Shown here: positions 9,501 through 19,795 of the stretch, in pieces
Position numbering within the stretch: position 1 is the stretch's first letter
How the letters are laid out: each line of letters begins with the position of its first letter
Assembly: GCA_013239625.1 (NCBI GenBank)
Contig: MU054391.1
Coordinates: 7,016,051 to 7,036,050, forward strand
Origin: Lama guanicoe
Taxonomy: Eukaryota
Length of the DNA stretch: 20,000 nucleotides
Direction of reading: 5' to 3'
Made by a program: the position numbers and the translations under genes
Notes under the pieces: generated by a model
What the model was told of the DNA's origin: nothing
The model's database searches: none
Seen by the model: the letters and a program-made list of their open reading frames with translations, nothing else

Positions 9501-9713
9501 GCTGGTCCGCCTTATTATCCCAACTGTTAAACTGGGCCAGGGTGGTGTGTGCCATTATTCACGTCACCAGCATGAACCCCTGCCCTCAGCCAGGCCTGGT
9601 GCTGGGCTTGGGGGTGGAGAGAGAAAGAGATGCCGACACAGACCCTGCCATAGAGGAGCTCATGTGCTAATTCTAAGCGAGGGGCCCAGTAAAAGTTGTT
9701 GTTTGTTTTCCAG

Positions 9714-9842
9714 GAAAATACCAAGCCCGGATTCTCTCTGAGAGCCTTCTCACCCCAGCCGAATACCAGAAAGAAGTTAATTACGAGCTGGTTACGGGCA
9801 AAGTGGACTCGCTGGGAGCCTTTTTCAGCACCCTCTGTCCAG
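9714..9842 (+). CDS. GREB1: GREB1 internal coding exon C (129 nt, phase 1/1)
   Basis: Acceptor gtttgttttccAG|ga and donor CCAG|GTAGGC. Encodes (G)KYQARILSESLLTPAEYQKEVNYELVTGKVDSLGAFFSTLCP. Not present in the ORF track. Confidence 0.94.
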
Positions 9843-10549
9843 GTAGGCTTGTAGTGAGACAGGTGCAAATTCAGAAATTGACAAGACAGAAGTAAACAAA
9901 GACACAAAGAGGGAGGACATCTTGGAGGCCGACCCCTGTGAGCCGCTGGGCCTGGCCTTGATTGTCGCTTGCAGCCCGTGAAGGCTGCCCCTCCGTTCTC
10001 TGGGTTAGCATTGCTGGCGGGTCTCTGGCTGACCAGCTTCCTGCTCCGGCTGTGGCTTCTCTACGTGGGAGCTGTGTGGTTTCGGTCCTTTGGGGGCGCA
10101 TGAGGGCCGGTGCCTGGTTCTCTACCTCTCTGGCGCCGTCCACCACCACTCCTACCTCCCATCTGCATTGCTTGAAGCTTCTCATTGGCGAAGTGTGTTC
10201 TCCGTGCCTCATTCTGTGCATTATATGCCTTGAGTGCCCGTCTCCCTTCTCCTCCTGGCTACTCACCCTTCAGGACTCACCCCATTTCCTCCCAGAAACC
10301 TTCTCTGGCCCCTCCTTCTCCAGAATGGGCTCAGACCCCCACCTCCTGGCCTATGGGCTCTTGCTCTTTCTTCTGTCCTCACACCGACTGCATCATAATG
10401 TAATTTTCTTTAGCACATCTGCCGTCCTGAGCTGTGGACTCCTCGACAGGATGGGCCATCCTGTCTCTGGTCCCCCAGGCCCTGGGTGGTGCCTGATACA
10501 TGGGAGGTGATGCAAAACCCACATCTGTTATTCTCTCTGTTTTGGGCAG

Positions 10550-10678
10550 AGGGCGACATTGACATTTTGCTGGACAAATTTCATCAGGAAAATCAAGGCC
10601 ACATTTCTTCCTCACTTACTGCCACCTCTGTCACCAAATCAGCATCCCTGGAAGTTGCCGGGACACCAGTGTGCACAA
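10550..10678 (+). CDS. GREB1: GREB1 internal coding exon D (129 nt, phase 1/1)
   Basis: Acceptor ttctctctgttttgggcAG|ag and donor ACAA|GTGAGT. Encodes (E)GDIDILLDKFHQENQGHISSSLTATSVTKSASLEVAGTPVCT. Confidence 0.94.
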
Positions 10679-11318
10679 GTGAGTGATGCCAGGGAGCTGG
10701 CGGCCGAGGTCTGAGCTGGTGAGGCAGCCCCCAGGGGGTCCAGGAGCTGCAAGGGAGCAAAGTTAGAGGTACATCCAGCGGGCAAGGCGTCACCTCAGCA
10801 TCAAAGTAGACCTAACATCCAATTTTAATTTTCGTCTTTAAGGACAGCAGTCTCATTTTACCCTGAAATGTACGTCTGTACACTTTTCCTGAGATGGCGC
10901 ATTTCTCTGGGTTGATTTCCAGTTTATATGTGCGTTGTTAAAATATTTTAATCACTCTAAGTTCCTGAAGAGCTGTTATGGTCTCCTCCTCTTCCAGAGA
11001 AGCTGCAGCCTCTTCCAAAGTCCAGTCTCGACATCAGCTCCCCTGGGAAGCCAAACTTACCCCTCCAGGTAGAACAGGTCACTGCCTCTCTGCTCCCCGA
11101 GCGCTGTTTATCTTTATTTTTAAATTAGGAAAGGGGTGTGAAATGACCATCATGGTGTGTAGCCCAGAGCAGGTCCTCAATAAATATTGGTGTTTTCCCC
11201 ATTCCTCTTCACCTGGTGCACTAGACGGGGGCCCACCGTCTGATTCCCTAGCAGAGGTCCAGGGCTGTAGCCATCTGCGTGCAGGTGCGTCTCACCTTTA
11301 CGGGGACTCTGGTTCCAG

Positions 11319-11516
11319 GTTACCATCTGGAGCCTCACCACATCCGGCCCTTCCAGCTGGCCGTGGCCCAGAAGCTCCTCTCCCACGTGTGTTCAATTGC
11401 GGATTCCAGCACCCAGAACCTGGACTTGGGGTCTTTCGAGAAGGTGGACTTTCTGATTTGTGTTCCACCCTCCGAAGTGACCTACCAGCAGACCCTGCTC
11501 CATGTCTGGCATTCAG
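11319..11516 (+). CDS. GREB1: GREB1 internal coding exon E (198 nt, phase 1/1)
   Basis: Acceptor ctctggttccAG|gt and donor TCAG|GTATGC. Encodes (S)YHLEPHHIRPFQLAVAQKLLSHVCSIADSSTQNLDLGSFEKVDFLICVPPSEVTYQQTLLHVWHS. Confidence 0.95.
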
Positions 11517-12173
11517 GTATGCACCTTTTGGGATGAATGTGGTGTCTGTTTACTTTCAGATTTGGATTTTAATACCATCTTTGCTTCTAAAGTAGATGAG
11601 GCAAGTAGTAACACCCCCATTTCATAGCTCACAAAGCGGATGCTCAGGGGAAGTGAATTGTCCATGATTTTATTAACTGTTGACTTGAATTTTCCCTCTG
11701 TCCCACTGAAGTCAGTGAACTATGTCCCGATAATCTGGCTTTAACTTAACGTATTTTCCCTGTGTCTTTAAAGGGATTAAACACCAACCACACAGAAAGT
11801 CAGTGTCTTCACTCAGAGGATTCACTTTGGAACCCTCTAACCTACGGTCCGGCATTCGGGCCGGAGGTGATTTTGCTGAGGGTGATGGGGAGGGAGAACT
11901 TTCCCTTTGCTTCAGTCACACGTGCCTGGGATCAGCTGCTTCCTGAAGCCAGCCTTGTGGTGCCCACATGGGCTGCTGTGTGCACCCCACACTGTGGAGC
12001 AGGCCCGCCTCCGGGCCCCTCTCCTGCACGACAGTCGTTGGCATGGGGGTCAGCCTCCTTGACTCACCTGCGTCTCCTGCATCCCCGTAGCCTCGGGGCC
12101 CAGCACCACACCTGCCACTTGGAAGGTTCTCGTTGTGTCTGCTGGTGGGTGATGGATTTTCACTGTGTTGCAG

Positions 12174-12354
12174 GGGTTTTACTGGAGCTGGGCTTGGAAG
12201 AGGAGCACATGACCAAGCAGAGGGCAGAGCAGTACGTTCTGAAGCTCGATGCCGAGGCGCAGACAAAATTTAAGGCCTTTCTGCAAAACTCCTTTCAGAA
12301 CCCGCACACGCTCTTTGTCCTCATCCACGACCACGCCCACTGGGATCTTGTGAG
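12174..12354 (+). CDS. GREB1: GREB1 internal coding exon F (181 nt, phase 1/2)
   Basis: Acceptor ttttcactgtgttgcAG|gg. The donor GTGAG|GTTAGA is the one that keeps frame with the next exon. Encodes (G)VLLELGLEEEHMTKQRAEQYVLKLDAEAQTKFKAFLQNSFQNPHTLFVLIHDHAHWDLV. Confidence 0.92.
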
Positions 12355-13728
12355 GTTAGACTGACTTCGCACGTGGCAGGACTGAGCTCTCCCTTCTTTG
12401 GGTTAATCTGTATGGATAGTCCTTGGGACTGTGGGCACAAGACTTAAAGAGATGAATGACGTTGGGGGCTTGGCACCTGCGGGCGGATGCTGTGGAGGTA
12501 TTTTAGACCTTGAGGCTGGAAGTTACCTAAGGCATCATCTAGTGCAGCCTCTGAAAGGTGCCGTCATGGAAACTATGGAAGGGGAGCATCTCGCTCAGCA
12601 TCACGGGGCTGGCGTGGAGGTGGGAGGGGGTTAGCGGCAGAGCAGCGGGTGCCACACTGGCGCCAGGAAGGGCTCCTGACGGGACTTGCTCGGCCCAGAC
12701 CCCTTCCTGGTGGAGCCTCACTGGCTCGGGACACCATGGGTCACAGCTTGTGCCCTTCCCCGGGGTGATTTTACTTACTCAATTCAAATGAATGTAAATC
12801 TAGATGAATTTCAGAAGGTGTCAAGCTTGGAGTCTGGCAGGATTCCTGGTGGTTTCCCAGGATGGGTCATCTCCATGAGCCCGGCCTGGGGTTGTGTGTT
12901 TAGACACCGCTGCTGGCATGGATGAGGATGGAAGGAAGGTCATGGGTCGGATCTTAGAGGAAGGCTTTGATTTAGCTCAGGGTCAGAAGCTGAGGGCTGG
13001 CCAGGGCCGTTAAGCTTCACCTAGGTAAAGGGTTTACAGTCAAGTGTCCATGTACGGGCGTGGGGGAGTTTGAGCATTCTGAATTATGTAGAGAGCTATA
13101 TGGTGCAGATTCATTTGGGGGTAGGTTTCTCAGAGTGCCTTCCTGCCACCCAAATGGTGAAGTACTGATTTTTTTTCTATTCCCCTAGATGTACAGAAGA
13201 GAACGCTGAGGCCATTGTCCCACAGAGAAAGGCTGAGATGCGCTTGTCTCCTAGGCCCCTTGTCCAAAATGCTTCCCATTCCTGGTCCTATACTTTTAAA
13301 TTTAGTATAGAATTTATCATTTTATGTCCTCCCTGGATCATTTCAAGGTCAGTAGGACTTAAAATTTAAGGAGGCAGGTGCACAGTCAGATTGGGCCAGG
13401 GGAGAAAAGGCGACTCACTGCCAGCTCCAGGGCGAGCATCCCTGTCTGCGGACTGGATGGACTGTGTACCTTGCAGTCAATCGCTATGGATACTGTTCCC
13501 CCAGTCAAGCTTTTAATAAGTCATGAGTACTGGGGGAGTCCCTGATCAGTCCCTGAAGCCCAGTCATTTTTTAAAATTTTATTTTCCTAGTCACGGGGAG
13601 AGCCGTTCAGTTGCTGGCAATCTGGGGGGCTTGTTGTCTGTTTATCCAACTGCTTGATCCTCATAAAATTCCAGAGCAGGTCTCGTTATTCCACTTACCG
13701 TTTCTTCTCCCCCTTTTCCTCCCCTCAG

Positions 13729-13924
13729 TAGCACCGTTCATAATCTCTATTCCCAAAGTGACCCGTCCGTGGGGCTGGTGGACAGATTGCTCAACTGCAG
13801 GGAGGTGAAGGAGGCCCCCAACATCGTCACCCTCCACGTGACTTCCTTCCCTTATGCGCTGCAGACGCAGCACACCCTCATCAGCCCTTACAACGAGATC
13901 CACTGGCCAGCCTCCTACAGTAAC
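13729..13924 (+). CDS. GREB1: GREB1 internal coding exon G (196 nt, phase 2/0)
   Basis: Long pyrimidine tract then cAG|tag, and donor AAC|GTGAGT. Encodes (S)STVHNLYSQSDPSVGLVDRLLNCREVKEAPNIVTLHVTSFPYALQTQHTLISPYNEIHWPASYSN. Confidence 0.94.
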
Positions 13925-14594
13925 GTGAGTGCCCCTGGGCTGCCGGGCCCGGTGAGCAGCGACCTGGCGCCGGGAAGATTCTGTTCAGTAAAGCTTGGAC
14001 TGACTAGCCTGGTTGGGGGTCAGTGGGTTCCAGCTCCTTGGATCTTTGATTCTCCCCACGGTTAGATTTAAACCCTTCTTGGTCTCTAGAAACCTTCCTG
14101 CAGTGCATTGATTGTCTTCGAATGTGAAATGCAATATGGTTGGTTTGTTTCTCTGGTGACGGAAGCTCCCCGAACAGCGTTCTAAACACCTGCTCTCTCG
14201 GTGTTGGGCGTAGAGCCTTCTAGGGCTGTGGGAATTCGGGCTCCAGGAAGGGTGATGCTAAGTTTGTCTAGAAGCCCTAGAAATGTTCCTGTTTTTCCTA
14301 CCTGTGCATCCTTAAGCAGCAAGGTTCAAAATCTCCTTCCTCTAACTGAACCCACATCCACAAAACCTGGCGACTTTTATTTCAGCTTTGCACCTGCCAT
14401 TTTCTCATCAAAATAGAAGATACCAGTAATTCTGGTAATTTGGGAAATCTGGGTGGTTGGACTCTAGCTAATTACACAAACAATAAAGAACAGCAAGTTC
14501 TGGACTTCTTTGGAGTGTCTCAGAGGCGTCTGAGGAACATCTGAAGGTGTTGATACGTGGCTTCGATCCAGAGTCAGAGGTGGGAACAGCAGTT

Positions 14595-14825
14595 TGTATA
14601 TGGTGCTTACATGAGCCAGGCAGGCACTGTTCTAAGTGCTTTATCACGAGAGCTCATGTAAGACGCAGGTGCCAGGGTGACTTCTGACTTACAAATGGGG
14701 ACAGTGAGGCAGAGGGGAATGGTTAAGTCACTTGCCTAAAGCCATGCAGCTAGAATGTTCTGGAGCCCGGGATGTGAATCAGTCCAGCCAATTCCATAGC
14801 CCTCACACTTAACCACTGTGCTGCT
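14595..14825 (-). mobile_element. MIR SINE
   Basis: caggcactgttctaagtgcttta...ttacaaatggggacagtgaggcagag...ggttaagtcacttgcctaaagcca...cttaaccactgtgct. Confidence 0.75.
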
Positions 14826-15352
14826 GGAGGGTGAAGTTCGTGCCTTTGTAATTCTAACAGCCTCCCCCAACTTTGCTCTGAAGTTTGATAATCTCTGATG
14901 TGGGTTTGGGGGTGAATTTTGTCAGTGTGAGTAAAACTGGTTAGATAAAGGCATTTTTTTCTGCTGATTTAACAGCAGCTGAATGCAAGAGAGTTGATTT
15001 GCCTATTCCTAAAACCAGCTAAAATTGTTGGAAAGAAGCAATTTTAACAAAGGAAGTTGTGTGTTTAAAAAAAAAAAAGACAAAACTGATTTTCTTTTTG
15101 ACAAAGGTACTGGGGTCAAATGAACCGAAAACTCTCGACTAATAATGGGGAGGCACCGGCCTTTACGCAAGGAGTGCTCTGTGCTCTGGGTCTGCAGAGG
15201 AAAAGACATTTATAAAATGTCATTGGAGGGACTGCAGAGTCAGCCCAGTTTAGATCAAGATGCCCTTCCAGTTCTCCTGTGCACCCAGCATGTGACCCTC
15301 CCAGTCCCCGCAAATACAATGTGTCCATGACCCACGCGCTTCTCTGTTTTAG

Positions 15353-15489
15353 GGAGTGGAGCTGTATCATGAGAATAAGAGGTACTTCGGGCTGTCCGAG
15401 TTCATCGAGTCCACCCTCTCAGGACATAGCCTCCCGTTGCTCAGATACGACAGCTCCTTTGAGGCCATGGTCACCGCCTTGGGGAAAAG
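15353..15489 (+). CDS. GREB1: GREB1 internal coding exon H (137 nt, phase 0/2)
   Basis: Acceptor cttctctgttttAG|gga and donor AAAG|GTACAC. Encodes GVELYHENKRYFGLSEFIESTLSGHSLPLLRYDSSFEAMVTALGK(R). Confidence 0.94.
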
Positions 15490-15854
15490 GTACACCTCTC
15501 TCTTGAAATTACTGACAATGCTCAGTAGTCAAGTACAAGGTGAGGGATGTGTAGCCAGGGAGTTCTGGGAAGGGGTCCATCTTCCTCCCTTCTTGGGTGA
15601 CTCAGTTCCCCCCTTAAAGGGACCCTGGTTTCTTTCTCAACCTGCATTTTGTGACGGTGACATCTCTGTTGTGCTATTGCAGAACAACAGAAAATTTTAG
15701 AGATAAGAATGGGCAGAAATATGCTGGAATGTGGGACTGCATGTCTGAGACTCAAGGGAGGGCAAGAAAATGGGAGGCAAGATATCAAAAGGCATAAAGG
15801 AAGAGATGGTGGCCGTCACAGTCAGCTTCGTGTTCGTGTCCTTTGGAATAATCT

Positions 15855-16230
15855 GTCGAGTGCTTATTTTGCGCCTGTCCCCGTTCCAAGAATCTTACTT
15901 TCGTTGTTGTATTTAGTCCTCACGGCCTCTGCGAGCCACTTACTATTATTATTATTCCCATTATGCAAATAAACTGAGACTCAGAGAGACGCCATGGTTT
16001 TCTCTCAGGCCACACGTCTAGCAGGTGGCAGACCTGAGTGTGAACCCAGAGTCTGTGCGACTCTACAGCTTGCCTTTTTAACCTTGTCACAGCAGAGCCG
16101 GGAGGTAGTTAACAATGATGTCATTTTACAGATGGGGAAACTGAGGCTCTGGGAGGTTAAGCACTGACATGTGTGTAGTTTATATACGTTGTAGAGCCAG
16201 GCCAAGTTTGGTAGCCTGTCTGATACAAAA
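15855..16230 (-). mobile_element. Two adjacent MIR fragments
   Basis: ttattcccattatgcaaataaactgagactcagagag and cattttacagatggggaaactgaggctctgggaggttaag. Confidence 0.7.
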
Positions 16231-16332
16231 CTAAATGGGTGGCTCTGCTGCTCATTGGCGGTATTGAACAGGCTCTCCCCACGTGGCACCTCATTTTCCT
16301 CACTGGCTGGAAAAGGGATCAAAGTAGACATG

Positions 16333-16558
16333 AGCTTCCCAAACTGTGTTCCAGTGTGCACTGCTACATACTATTAGCTGTTAGGCCAACAGGGGTTCCA
16401 TGGTCATCTGTGTTTGAGAAACCTTACATTTAACAAAGTTCTTTTCCCATGAGGGTTCTCAGGGCCTTCAGTATGCCACCTGTGCTGTAAATCTCCAGGA
16501 GACAGCTACAGCATGCAGCACCTGGCTCAGTGTTCCCCACGGCACCATTTGAGAAACT
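16333..16558. mobile_element. hAT-Charlie (Charlie4-like) DNA transposon fossil
   Basis: Imperfect terminal inverted repeats agcttcccaaa (16333-16343) and tttgagaaact (16548-16558). Internal ggggttccatggtca...tttgagaaac...ttaacaaagtt...ttctcagggccttcagtatgc. Confidence 0.6.
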
Positions 16559-16749
16559 AAATCCCTTTTGCTCTGTGGTGCTGATGGAGTTAATCAGGGT
16601 ACTTCTCCACCTCGTGCACGGCAGCTGAGCCGTTAGAGCTCACTGAGGGGAGACACCCTCTATGGTTTTACAGTGAGGCTGTGAGAACTGGCCTTGGCCC
16701 TGCCTCTGCTTCCCTGCCCGGCTCCCTCGCTTCTCCCCGGCAGCAGACG

Positions 16750-16960
16750 TGTGTTGAGTGCTTTGTGAGCTGCAGGCGTTGGGCCTGGACTCTACAGTTA
16801 TTGCCTGAAATCCTCATAACAGCTCAGTGAGATAGGAGACACTGTTATCCCCATTTGGCAGAGAAAGAGAGACTTGGGTTAGGTCACTTGCCCAAAGTCA
16901 TGTTGGGGGTTTACATTGAAGCCAGACCAAATCCTGGTCACTTGACTCCAAAACAGTAGA
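16750..16960 (-). mobile_element. MIR SINE
   Basis: aatcctcataacagctcagtgagatagg...ttatccccatttggcagagaaagagagact...aggtcacttgcccaaagtca. Confidence 0.72.
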
Positions 16961-17049
16961 CCCACTCAGCCGTACGGAGCCAGGCCTCACAGCTGGCAGG
17001 GGGCCAGACCGACCACGGTACCCTACATCCTGGCGCTCCGCTTTCTTAG

Positions 17050-17365
17050 TTTTACCTTTAGGCAAATCGTTGAGGCTGTCTGAACTTCTGTACCTTCATC
17101 TGTAGAGCAAACCCACTTTCCTAGTGGCTTCTTATGAGAGTTTCATGAAATAACGAGCACGTGCTGGTTCAGGAACCGCTGTGCACTGAGTGCTCAGGCT
17201 CCAAGATCACGCCCGTGTTTGAGTCCTGGATCTGTCAGTTATCGGCTATGAGACTTTAGGAAAGTTTCTCAGTCCTCTGTGGGGACAATACCTACCTCCT
17301 AGGGATATTGGGAGAATTAAATCAATCAACACATCTGAAACATTAAGTGCAGTACCTGGCTCTGC
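17050..17365 (+). mobile_element. MIR fragments, sense orientation
   Basis: acctttaggcaaatcgttgaggctgtctgaacttctgtaccttcatctgta, and tttgagtcctggatctgtcagtta...tacctacctcctagggatattgggagaattaaat...agtacctggc. Confidence 0.65.
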
Positions 17366-17397
17366 TCTCTCACATTACATACTCATGTTAGCTACTG

Positions 17398-17578
17398 CCA
17401 TCACCATCATCACCATCATCTCCATCACCATCATCACCACCATCTCATCATCACCACCATCAACATCATCTCCATCACTATCATCACCACCGTCATCACC
17501 ATCACCATCACCTCCATCACCATCACTGTCACCAATCCACCATCAGAGTCACCATCACCGTCACCATCACCACCATCC
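17398..17578. repeat. Degenerate (CAT/CAC)n trinucleotide repeat, about 180 bp
   Basis: ccatcaccatcatcaccatcatctccatcacc..., with hexamer CATCAC sub-periodicity. Confidence 0.93.
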
Positions 17579-18004
17579 TCCCTCTCCTCTCTCCCCTCTT
17601 TTAAACTGTAAGTATTGCACAGAGATTGAAATTTACATTTCACCGAGTGGGAAGAAAATATCAAACTCTGGAATGCTGAGGTGTAGGGAATGATGCAAGG
17701 TCCTAGGAGTTGTGTGGAGACATATGGTAACCACCGTTTCTGAAAACTAAGATTCTTGGTCTTCCTGGATGCATTTGGATTTGTAATTCATCTGTCAAAT
17801 TAGAATCACATTTAGTTACATTTCTAACAACTCATAATACTTGAAATGAATGATATGCCTTTAGGATAGTCCCCGCAAATCTGGGGTGTGTGGTAGCTGC
17901 ACTTACATACTGATTACTGGTGGCTCTCCTATTTCTACTGGGAACCTGGGGCAAATTACCTAACCCGAGGAACCATAAATTAAGCTGATGATAGGCATTT
18001 ATTA

Positions 18005-18139
18005 TTTTTTCTTTTTTTGGGGGGTGGTAATTAGGGTTTTTTAAATTTATTTATCTTTTTTTAATGGAGGTACTGGGGATTGAACCCAGGGCCTAGTGCA
18101 TGCTAGGTATGCACTCTCCCACTGACCTATACCCTCCCC
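18005..18139 (-). mobile_element. tRNA-Ala-derived SINE (camelid Vic-1-like)
   Basis: T-rich tail, then ggaggtactggggattgaacccagggcc...actgacctataccctcccc, the reverse complement of the same SINE head. Confidence 0.85.
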
Positions 18140-18394
18140 TTATTTTTCTCATTCATCTAGCCATTGAACAGATCTTTAGTGAGCAGCTACTGTGTGGCAG
18201 GTCCTGGAAAACATGGCAACAACAACAACCCTTTGCTTCTGTTTTCTAGCTGGAAATGACAAAGCAGATTGTGGCTTGACTTCTAAGGAAACCTTCTATT
18301 TCAGGCTCCAAACAACCAGCTTCAAAAGGCAGCACCGTTGTTTGTAATCTGAGAGTCGCCTGTGCCCGAGATGGCAGATGTCTTGGTTACTCGT

Positions 18395-18760
18395 TTGCCC
18401 CGGGAAGGCCTCCCTCTCCGCGGAGCGCCCCGGGTGTCTGTGGGGGTCGCAGCCCCGGGTCACGGCGTGGTCTCTCTGTTCGTTGCAGGTTCCCCCGCCT
18501 GCACAGCGCGGTGATCAGGACCTTTGTTCTCGTGCAGCACTACGCGGCCGCTATGATGGCCGTGTGCGGCCTCTCACAGATGAAGAACTACACGTCAGTG
18601 GAGACACTGGAGATCACGCAGAACCTCATCAACTCCCCGAAGCAGTGCCCCTGCGGCCACGGGCTCATGGTCCTGCTGCGGGTGCCCTGCTCGCCGCTGG
18701 CCGCCGTGGCCTACGAGCGGCTGGCCCACGTGCGGGCGCGGCTGGCCCTGGAGGAGCACT
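18395..18760. other. CpG-rich segment over the exon I acceptor and exon body
   Basis: Dense CpGs (ccgcggagcgccccggg, gccgccgtggcc, gtgcgggcgcgg) starting about 90 nt before the acceptor. Confidence 0.55.
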
Positions 18761-18828
18761 TTGAGATCATCCTGGGCAACCCCAGCTCTGGCATCACTGT
18801 CGGAAAGCACTTCTTGAAGCAGCTCAAG
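18489..18828 (+). CDS. GREB1: GREB1 internal coding exon I (340 nt, phase 2/0)
   Basis: Acceptor tctctctgttcgttgcAG|g and donor AAG|GTGGGG. Encodes (R)FPRLHSAVIRTFVLVQHYAAA...GITVGKHFLKQLK. Confidence 0.95.
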
Positions 18829-19679
18829 GTGGGGACGGGAGGGGTGACAGGGTCCTGGGAGTCCTGGGGGGTGGAGCATGGCAACCAAGGGGAGGGGAGG
18901 AGGATGGGGTGATGACAGACTCATTAACGTGGCCTCTGCCCACCCAGCCACCCCTCCAGCCGCCTCTCAGGCCACATCCCTGCCTACATCTTTCGGTCCA
19001 GCTGGACCCCATTACTTATAGATACTGCTCCCCCAAAACGCACTGTCTTGCTGGTTCAAACTTCTGAGCTGTGGCACGCTTTTATTTCTTCCTGGGGGTT
19101 CATTTCTTCTTGTCCTTTGTTTAACCAAAGCCCATCAGCCTGCAGAACTCAACTCAGTGTCTTTTCTTTCAAGAAGCCTCCCTTCCCTCTACTTGCCCCA
19201 TAGCCCCAGCCTGGGGCAGGTTTGGTTTTCCCTGCCTGTCATCTGGCTCCTCCTCCTGAAGGGCAGGGACCACCCCCACACACCTCAGCCCCCAAACTAG
19301 CACAGTACCTGGCCCTGGTTGTTTCTCACTAAACCTACAAGGGATGGAAGATGCCAAAGAGGGCAAGAGTGTTGAGAGAATAATTGAGTAGAAACCATGA
19401 AGGCCCAGCACCACAGTGGAGGGAACGCAGCCTGAATATTAGATAGTCGGGAGTGTATACTTTCTCTCAAAGAACAGCTGATATGTGTCGGGCATTGTCC
19501 TGTGTGGCTGGGAATCCCGCGGTGAAGCGATGATATGCTTATTCGCAGCATAAATTTGATAAAAATCAGAGGATGCACTGCGGGGGTTTAAGTCAGGAGG
19601 AGAACATCAGGGCCCCCTGAGCTGGGCTAGCTGGGAAGGCAGGCGTCCTACAGATTTATTTCTTTTTAATTATCTGCAG

Positions 19680-19795
19680 ATGTGGCAGAAAATTGAGGAT
19701 GCGGAGTGGAGGCCTCAGACGTACTTGGAGCTGGAGGGCCTGCCTTGCATCCTCATCTTCAGTGGGATGGACCCGCACGGGGAGTCCTTGGTCAG
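19680..19795 (+). CDS. GREB1: GREB1 internal coding exon J (116 nt, phase 0/2)
   Basis: Acceptor tctttttaattatctgcAG|atg and donor TCAG|GTGAGC. Encodes MWQKIEDAEWRPQTYLELEGLPCILIFSGMDPHGESLV(R). Confidence 0.94.

Noticed and set aside
9714..10678. Tandem exon duplication (two consecutive 129-nt phase-1 exons)
   Set aside because: The encoded peptides show no visible similarity, so the equal length is probably coincidence.
9962..11595. Long ORFs 9962-10510 (182 aa) and 10978-11595 (205 aa)
   Set aside because: They have low-complexity Ser/Leu/Pro/Gly composition, lie in intronic or repeat-like sequence or overlap exon E in another frame, and show no recognisable domain.
11848..11865. Hairpin TCCGGC-attcgg-GCCGGA
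   Set aside because: A 6-bp stem is expected by chance in 20 kb, and there is no supporting ncRNA context.
17385..17693. His/Ser/Pro-rich ORF (and the HT-repeat ORF 2942-3130)
   Set aside because: These are translations of simple repeats, with no splice sites linking them to the GREB1 frame.
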